Shown: positions 58,628 through 64,000 of the stretch, in pieces
How positions within the stretch are numbered: the stretch's first letter is position 1
How the letters are laid out: each line of letters begins with the position of its first letter
NCBI GenBank assembly: GCA_013359225.1
Contig: JABWCG010000001.1
Location: 70,410-134,409 of the forward strand
Direction: 5' to 3'
Source of the DNA: Candidatus Buchananbacteria bacterium
Lineage (GTDB): Bacteria; Patescibacteriota; Patescibacteriia; Buchananbacterales; UBA6539
Length of the DNA stretch: 64,000 nucleotides
Notes under the pieces: model-generated
Told to the model about the DNA's origin: nothing
The model's input: only the letters and a program-made list of their open reading frames with translations
Database searches by the model: none
Made by a program: the position numbers and the translations under genes

Positions 58628-61114
58628 ATGAATTTAGACAAATCGAAAGTAAGCGCGTATCTTTTGAATATTATCAAGATTGGAGCTTTGGTTATTGTTT
58701 TTCTCCCGCTGGTAATGAATAGTCAGTATTTTTTTCCGTTCATTGTTTTTAAGAATGTTTTGTTCAGAATTACGACTGAGATAATTTTGGTAGCTTATTT
58801 AATTTTAGCGCAATTTAATCCCAGCTATCGGCCAAAATTTCCGGCTATTGCAATTGCGGTATTTGCCTTGTTGGGTATTTCAGCGTTGTCCACGCTGACG
58901 GGTATCGGTATTTACAGTAGTTTCTGGGGAAACTATGAGCGCATGTCTGGACTATTCCATCAACTTCACCTGGTGGCTTTCTTTTTTGTACTATTCAATG
59001 TGTTTAGAAGTAAAAAAGATTGGTATTCATTATTTACCTTTTCAATTTTTGCCAGTATGCTGATGGCATTTTTAGGATTGGCTCAGTGGCTTGAAGTGCC
59101 ATTTTTGTTGCGTTCCTCAGGAGGTACCCGCTTAACCGGTACGATCGGTAACGCTACTTTTTTTGCCGCCTATTTGATTTTTAACATCTTTTTTGTTCTA
59201 TATTTCTTCGCCAAGGATCGACGGTTCGACCTCAAGCTTTTTGGTGCAAGTTTTTTGGCGTTTGATGCCTACTTATTCATCGGTGCTATTCTATATAAAT
59301 TGTCCGGTGATAGTGATTGGGGGTTCTTGAATGTTTTACGCGTGCCCTTAATTGAGAAATCAATTGAGTATCCGGTTTTCTTGTGGAGTTTTATTATCTT
59401 TCAGTTGGCGCTTTTGGGAACCTGGCTGTGGCGTAATCGGCCGCAAGTGGTCAGGGGATTATTGGGAATAGTTTTTTTGTTTGAATTCTTTATTCTCTAT
59501 AACACGGAAACTCGTGGTGCATTGATCGGGTTAGCGGCTGGCTTGGTGTTGTTGGTTGCCGCTTCAATATTCAAGCCAGGGCTTGATCGGCGTTTAAAAA
59601 TTGCCGGCGTTACGTTCGTGGTTTTAATTTTGCTTTCGCCGTTGATTTTGGTTGCTAATAAGAATTCTAATTTTGTTCAGTCTGATGATACACTGCGCAG
59701 GTTAGCAACAATTTCGTTAACAGATATTACAACAGAATCTCGTATTTTAACCTGGCAGGCAAGTTGGCGCGGCTGGTCTGAGAGCGTCAAATCATTTTTG
59801 ATTGGCTACGGCCCAGAAAATTATTATTACACGTATAATAAGTATTTCCCGGTTGAAATTTATAAAGACAACGGTTCGCAGATTTGGTTTGACAGAGCTC
59901 ATAATGTCATTTTCGATTATGGCGTGACTACCGGTATTTTAGGATTGGGTGCGTATTTGACAATGCTAGGCTTAGCTATTTGGGCGTTGTTTAAACAGTA
60001 TCGTCAGGGTGGCAGTTTTAGTAGTAGCTGGCTTTTTATCGGTTTGATTGTTGCTTATTTCATTCAAAACATTTTTGTCTTTGATACGATGAATACGGAA
60101 ATCCCACTTTATGCAACGCTAGCCTTTGTTGTCTTTTTGTCGCAGTCAAAATCCGCTGAGTCTTTTAGTGAAACTGATGATCTTGGGTATAAACCGATTA
60201 ACTATTTAGCGGTAACCGGCTTGGTATTATTGCTTGGTTTGGGTATTTTTGGCATTAACGTTAAAACCTTGCGTGCTAATCACTATATCTATGAAGCATT
60301 AACTACAAATAACTTGGCCGTCGGAGCAGAGGACGGCTCGTTTGATTTATTAAAAAAATCAGTTGAAGAGTCGGTCGTTGGTAAGTTTGAAGCCAGACAG
60401 CAGCTTTCTAATTTTGTGGCCGGGCTGGTGAGAAACAGTGAAGTTTCCGCCTCTCAAATCAAGCAAGTTTTGAATTATACCGATCAGCAACTGCAAAAAA
60501 GCGTCGCGGAAGAACCGTTGAATATCAGACAGTACCTTTTCTTGTCGACGTATTACAATGCCACCACCAGGGTTAACCAAAATAATCCGCAGCGGGTGTT
60601 GGATTTATTGGAGCCTGCCGTGTATTTAAGTCCGACGCGGCCTCATGTGTATTATGAAATTGCTCAGGCGTACGCTTTCCAGAATAATTTTGAAAAGGCT
60701 GAGGAATATTTCAAAAAAGGGCTGGAATTAGCGCCGTGGGTTAAGGAAGACTATTGGAATGTCTTAACTATTTACATTGTTTTTGAAAAGTATGAGCAAT
60801 CTGATAGTTATATTGAATATATGAAATCCCAGCTTGATTGGGAGCCCGGATTGAATGATTATAAGAAGCTAGCCGATCTTTATTCCCGGGTCAAAAATTA
60901 TGATCGGATGATTAAATATCAGGAAAAGGTAGCTGAGCTTGAGCCAAGCGCCGCTAATTATGCCAAGTTGGCGGCAATGTATGCGGCCATTGGCGAAAAC
61001 CAAAAAGCTAAGGAGCTAACACAGCGGGCGGTGAATCTCAACCCTGATTTTGCTGCAGAAGCGCAAAAGTTTTTAGAGCTCCTGGAGCAAGGTGAATTGC
61101 TCGATCAACAATAA
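58628..61114 (+). CDS. O-antigen ligase/O-oligosaccharyltransferase-like (Wzy_C) protein with C-terminal TPRs
   Basis: GTIGNATFFA, TETRGA, GYGPENY, DRAHN motifs; multi-TM; TPR helices. Confidence 0.85.
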   Translation: MNLDKSKVSAYLLNIIKIGALVIVFLPLVMNSQYFFPFIVFKNVLFRITTEIILVAYLILAQFNPSYRPKFPAIAIAVFALLGISALSTLTGIGIYSSFWGNYERMSGLFHQLHLVAFFFVLFNVFRSKKDWYSLFTFSIFASMLMAFLGLAQWLEVPFLLRSSGGTRLTGTIGNATFFAAYLIFNIFFVLYFFAKDRRFDLKLFGASFLAFDAYLFIGAILYKLSGDSDWGFLNVLRVPLIEKSIEYPVFLWSFIIFQLALLGTWLWRNRPQVVRGLLGIVFLFEFFILYNTETRGALIGLAAGLVLLVAASIFKPGLDRRLKIAGVTFVVLILLSPLILVANKNSNFVQSDDTLRRLATISLTDITTESRILTWQASWRGWSESVKSFLIGYGPENYYYTYNKYFPVEIYKDNGSQIWFDRAHNVIFDYGVTTGILGLGAYLTMLGLAIWALFKQYRQGGSFSSSWLFIGLIVAYFIQNIFVFDTMNTEIPLYATLAFVVFLSQSKSAESFSETDDLGYKPINYLAVTGLVLLLGLGIFGINVKTLRANHYIYEALTTNNLAVGAEDGSFDLLKKSVEESVVGKFEARQQLSNFVAGLVRNSEVSASQIKQVLNYTDQQLQKSVAEEPLNIRQYLFLSTYYNATTRVNQNNPQRVLDLLEPAVYLSPTRPHVYYEIAQAYAFQNNFEKAEEYFKKGLELAPWVKEDYWNVLTIYIVFEKYEQSDSYIEYMKSQLDWEPGLNDYKKLADLYSRVKNYDRMIKYQEKVAELEPSAANYAKLAAMYAAIGENQKAKELTQRAVNLNPDFAAEAQKFLELLEQGELLDQQ

Positions 61115-61115
61115 A

Positions 61116-63365
61116 ATGAATACATTTAAGAAAGCAGTATTATCTTCGCTTATTGCCGCCGTGCAATTGGTAGGCCTGATGCCAGCACTAACCATGCCGG
61201 TTTGGGCGGCGGAAACCGACCAGTTTAAGGCTGGAGAATTTTTGGTTAAGTTTAAGGGTAATGATGAAATTTATCGGATTAAAACGTCAGCTGACTCAGA
61301 CATTAATCAGATTATCGGCAAGCTTGGAAATCATGCTGAGCTTGAGTATGTTGAACCAAACTACACTTTTGACTATGCCGCATTCCCCAACGATCCGGAC
61401 TATCGGTTTCAATGGTATCACTCTGCAATTGATACTAGGAATTTGTGGTCTAAGGAATTGTTGCTCAGAGAACAGCGTAACATTAAGAGTGAGTCGGTGA
61501 TTGCTGTTTTGGATACGGGAGTTGATTTGGATCACCCTGATTTAGTTTCAAAAATTTGGAAAAATACCGATGAGATTCCCGGAAACGGTCGGGACGATGA
61601 TGCTAATGGCTACGTTGATGATGTTAACGGCTGGGATTTTGTTGATGCCGACGCTGACAGCAATCCATCTTTTGCCCAGGGTTACGTTGAAGATGCGGTT
61701 AAACACGGAACGTTAGTTGCCGGTTTGGCGGCCGCGAGCGTCAACAATGGTGAAGGTATTGCGGGCGTAAGCTGGTATAGCAAAATAATGCCATTGCGGG
61801 TTTTGGACAGCAGCGGTTCTGGCGATGTTTTTTCAGTCGTTCAGGCGATTGATTATGCGGTTAAAAACGGTGCGGATGTTATTAATATGAGTTTTGTCGG
61901 TCAGAATGCGAGCCAAAGTCTGCTATCAGCAATTAAGCGCGCGTACAATAGTAATGTATTGGTAGTGGCTGCGGCCGGGAACACTGATCCGAGTGTAAAT
62001 GGTGTTGATATGAGCATCACTAAATCATATCCGGTTTGTTATGACGGCGATAACGGTGAAAATATTGTTATCGGCGTGGCATCGGTTGGAAAGAATCTAG
62101 TGAAATCAAATTTTTCTAACTATGGTGACTGTATTGATATTGTTGCACCGGGTGACAGTTTTTATACCACGCAGGTCTATGATCAGAAGGTAAACGGGTT
62201 TAATCAAAAGTATTCAGGTTATTGGTCTGGTACCTCGCTCTCAGCTCCCTTGGTGAGTGGTGTTTTGGCGACAATGAAAGAAATTCGCCCTGAGTTGTCC
62301 GCTCCGCAAATCAGGGATCTTTTGCTTGATAATACAATTGATGTGTATGCGTATAACGCTGAGTATAAGGGCAAGCTCGGCCAAGGGTTGCTAAACGCCA
62401 GCCAGGTGCTTGAAGCGACGCTTAAAGAACGTCCGGCACCGGGGATGGCTGGTGAAGGCGGCTATATTGTTGTTGGGCTGGGATCTGGCTCATTTCCTCA
62501 GATTAAAGTGCTGAAACCGGATGGCTCGGTGTTTAAAGAGTTTTATGCCTATAGTCCCTATTTTAAAGGACAAATTAATGTTGCGGTCGGTGATGTTGAC
62601 GGCGATGGTGTTGACGAAATCATCACCGGCGCCGGTTCGCTCGGGGGTCCCCATGTTCGGGTGTTTAATGTTGAGGGTCAGCTAGAGTCAGAATTTTTTG
62701 CTTATAATTCAAAGTTACGCACTGGTGTTACTGTTGCGGTCGGTGATGTTGACGGCGATGGTGTTGACGAAATCATCACCGGCGCCGGACGAGGGACTGG
62801 GCCGGAGGTAAAAGTTTTTGATGCAACCGGAAAAATAAAAAACACTTTTTTGGCCTATGGCGAGAATTTCAAAGGGGGAGTAAAAATTGCCGTTGGCGAT
62901 GTTGATAAAGATGGTGTTGATGAAATCATCACCGGCGCCGGTTCGGGCGGCGGTCCCCATGTTCGGGTATTTGAATCTAACGGAACTTTGTTAGCTCAAT
63001 TTTTTGCCTATAACCAGAATTTCCGGGGCGGCATTAATATTGCGTCCGGTGATATTCATGGTGACGGTCAGGCTGAAATTATGGTTAGTGTGGAGGAAAA
63101 TTCAGTGCCGACGGTTCGGGTGTTTAATTATCAAGGACTGATGCTTTCAAACTTCTTTGTTGATGAACCTAATTTTTTGAAGGGAATTTACGTTGGTGCG
63201 GGAGACCTTGACGGGGACGGTCTTTCCGAAATTGTGGCTGGAAAAAACGTCGGTGGCAATGCGGAAGTAAAAGTTTTTGATTGGCTGGGTAATACTAAAC
63301 ATACGTTAATGGCTCACGTTGAAAGCTATCGTGGCGGCGCCAGGCCGACTATCATCAGTAATTAA
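61116..63365 (+). CDS. Secreted S8 subtilisin-like protease with FG-GAP/VCBS-like repeats
   Basis: Signal peptide; triad IAVLDTG, HGT, GTSLSAP; repeated GDVDGDGVDEIITGAG; start ATG at 61116. Confidence 0.92.
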   Translation: MNTFKKAVLSSLIAAVQLVGLMPALTMPVWAAETDQFKAGEFLVKFKGNDEIYRIKTSADSDINQIIGKLGNHAELEYVEPNYTFDYAAFPNDPDYRFQWYHSAIDTRNLWSKELLLREQRNIKSESVIAVLDTGVDLDHPDLVSKIWKNTDEIPGNGRDDDANGYVDDVNGWDFVDADADSNPSFAQGYVEDAVKHGTLVAGLAAASVNNGEGIAGVSWYSKIMPLRVLDSSGSGDVFSVVQAIDYAVKNGADVINMSFVGQNASQSLLSAIKRAYNSNVLVVAAAGNTDPSVNGVDMSITKSYPVCYDGDNGENIVIGVASVGKNLVKSNFSNYGDCIDIVAPGDSFYTTQVYDQKVNGFNQKYSGYWSGTSLSAPLVSGVLATMKEIRPELSAPQIRDLLLDNTIDVYAYNAEYKGKLGQGLLNASQVLEATLKERPAPGMAGEGGYIVVGLGSGSFPQIKVLKPDGSVFKEFYAYSPYFKGQINVAVGDVDGDGVDEIITGAGSLGGPHVRVFNVEGQLESEFFAYNSKLRTGVTVAVGDVDGDGVDEIITGAGRGTGPEVKVFDATGKIKNTFLAYGENFKGGVKIAVGDVDKDGVDEIITGAGSGGGPHVRVFESNGTLLAQFFAYNQNFRGGINIASGDIHGDGQAEIMVSVEENSVPTVRVFNYQGLMLSNFFVDEPNFLKGIYVGAGDLDGDGLSEIVAGKNVGGNAEVKVFDWLGNTKHTLMAHVESYRGGARPTIISN
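62579..62788 (+). repeat. Exact 57-bp intragenic direct repeat (153-bp period) in the protease repeat domain
   Basis: 62579-62635 is identical to 62732-62788; a third, diverged copy lies near 62885-62970. Confidence 0.85.
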
Positions 63366-63367
63366 TT

Positions 63368-63832
63368 ATGACATTATTTAATCAAACGTTATCATTTGTA
63401 AGGCGGTATCCTTCTTTCAAGCAGTTTCTTAAATTTTGCATTGTCGGCGGAACTGCTGCAATGATAAATTTTTCTGTTTATTATTCGTTTACTGCCTGGC
63501 TTGAAGTTTGGTATGTGTATTCAGCGATTTGGGCTTTTTTAATTTCGGCTGTTTTTAATTTTACCTCTAATAAATTGTGGACATTTCGTAATAATGAAAT
63601 TGGTCTGCAAGTAGTAAAACAATTGGTTAAGTTTGCAATCGTAATGACCCTTGGTTTGGCAATTAACACTTCAATCATTTATGGTCTGACTGATTTAGTC
63701 AAAATTAACTGGTTGTTATCCTGGGTGGTTGCTACCGGGGTGGTTACTTTTTGGAATTTTGGGTTTAACCGATTATGGACGTTTCGTAAGCGAAAAAACG
63801 AGGCACCGGAATTGCCCTCGACCCAAATTTAG
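63368..63832 (+). CDS. GtrA-family flippase-like protein
   Basis: QFLKFCIVG, NFTSNKLWTF, NFGFNRLWTF; 4 TM helices. Confidence 0.9.
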   Translation: MTLFNQTLSFVRRYPSFKQFLKFCIVGGTAAMINFSVYYSFTAWLEVWYVYSAIWAFLISAVFNFTSNKLWTFRNNEIGLQVVKQLVKFAIVMTLGLAINTSIIYGLTDLVKINWLLSWVVATGVVTFWNFGFNRLWTFRKRKNEAPELPSTQI

Positions 63833-63888
63833 GTTATACTTTTTAGTGTACTTCTAATAAATTTTGAGCTGGTAAAATATCATAAAAT

Positions 63889-64000
63889 ATGCCGAAAAAA
63901 GCAATTTTTGAGAAAAAAAATATTCTAATTACGGGAGGAGCTGGCTTTATTGGTTCTCATCTTTGTGATGAGTTGGTAAAAGACAGCAAGGTGATTTGTA
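63889..64000 (+). CDS. N-terminus of an NAD-dependent epimerase/dehydratase (runs off the window)
   Basis: MPKKAIFEKKNILITGGAGFIGSHLCDELV. Confidence 0.85.
   Translation, partial: MPKKAIFEKKNILITGGAGFIGSHLCDELVKDSKVIC

Noticed and set aside
1-64000. Alternative genetic code (TGA read as Gly or Trp)
   Set aside because: Conserved genes are full-length under code 11, and many end at TGA in ATGA overlaps

Overview
This is a gene-dense, AT-rich bacterial window read with the standard code. Its gene content (ECF sigma plus DUF5667 partner, giant S-layer-like protein, PilT and pilin, inactive HtrA, many GT-C membrane glycosyltransferases) points to a Patescibacteria/CPR (Parcubacteria-like) genome; that placement is inference. 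The left part (1-20 kb) holds membrane glycosyltransferases, a complete sufCBDSU operon, tRNA-Pro(CGG), rarA, a NUDIX hydrolase, a pilT/pilin cluster, an atypical purA, a small HTH gene with a 22-bp palindrome, and an ECF sigma/anti-sigma pair with two matching ECF promoters. The right part (20.6-64 kb) is a 1240-aa S-layer-like gene behind a highly structured ~200-nt leader, followed by a ~40-kb surface-glycan locus. That locus has two ArnT/PMT-like GTs, GT4s, an ABC flippase, a priming transferase, a Wzy_C/TPR ligase, GtrA and two nonulosonate modules. Module 1 is a pseudaminic acid pathway with no pseG, where a YdcF/DUF218 gene occupies the pseG slot. Module 2 combines a NANS/Kdn-type synthase, SDR, FkbM methylase, aldehyde dehydrogenase, a second CMP-transferase and a transketolase with an altered acceptor site, and is the best candidate for an undescribed ulosonic-acid pathway. 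No CRISPR array, rRNA or transposase was seen. All family calls come from motif recognition by eye, not database searches.
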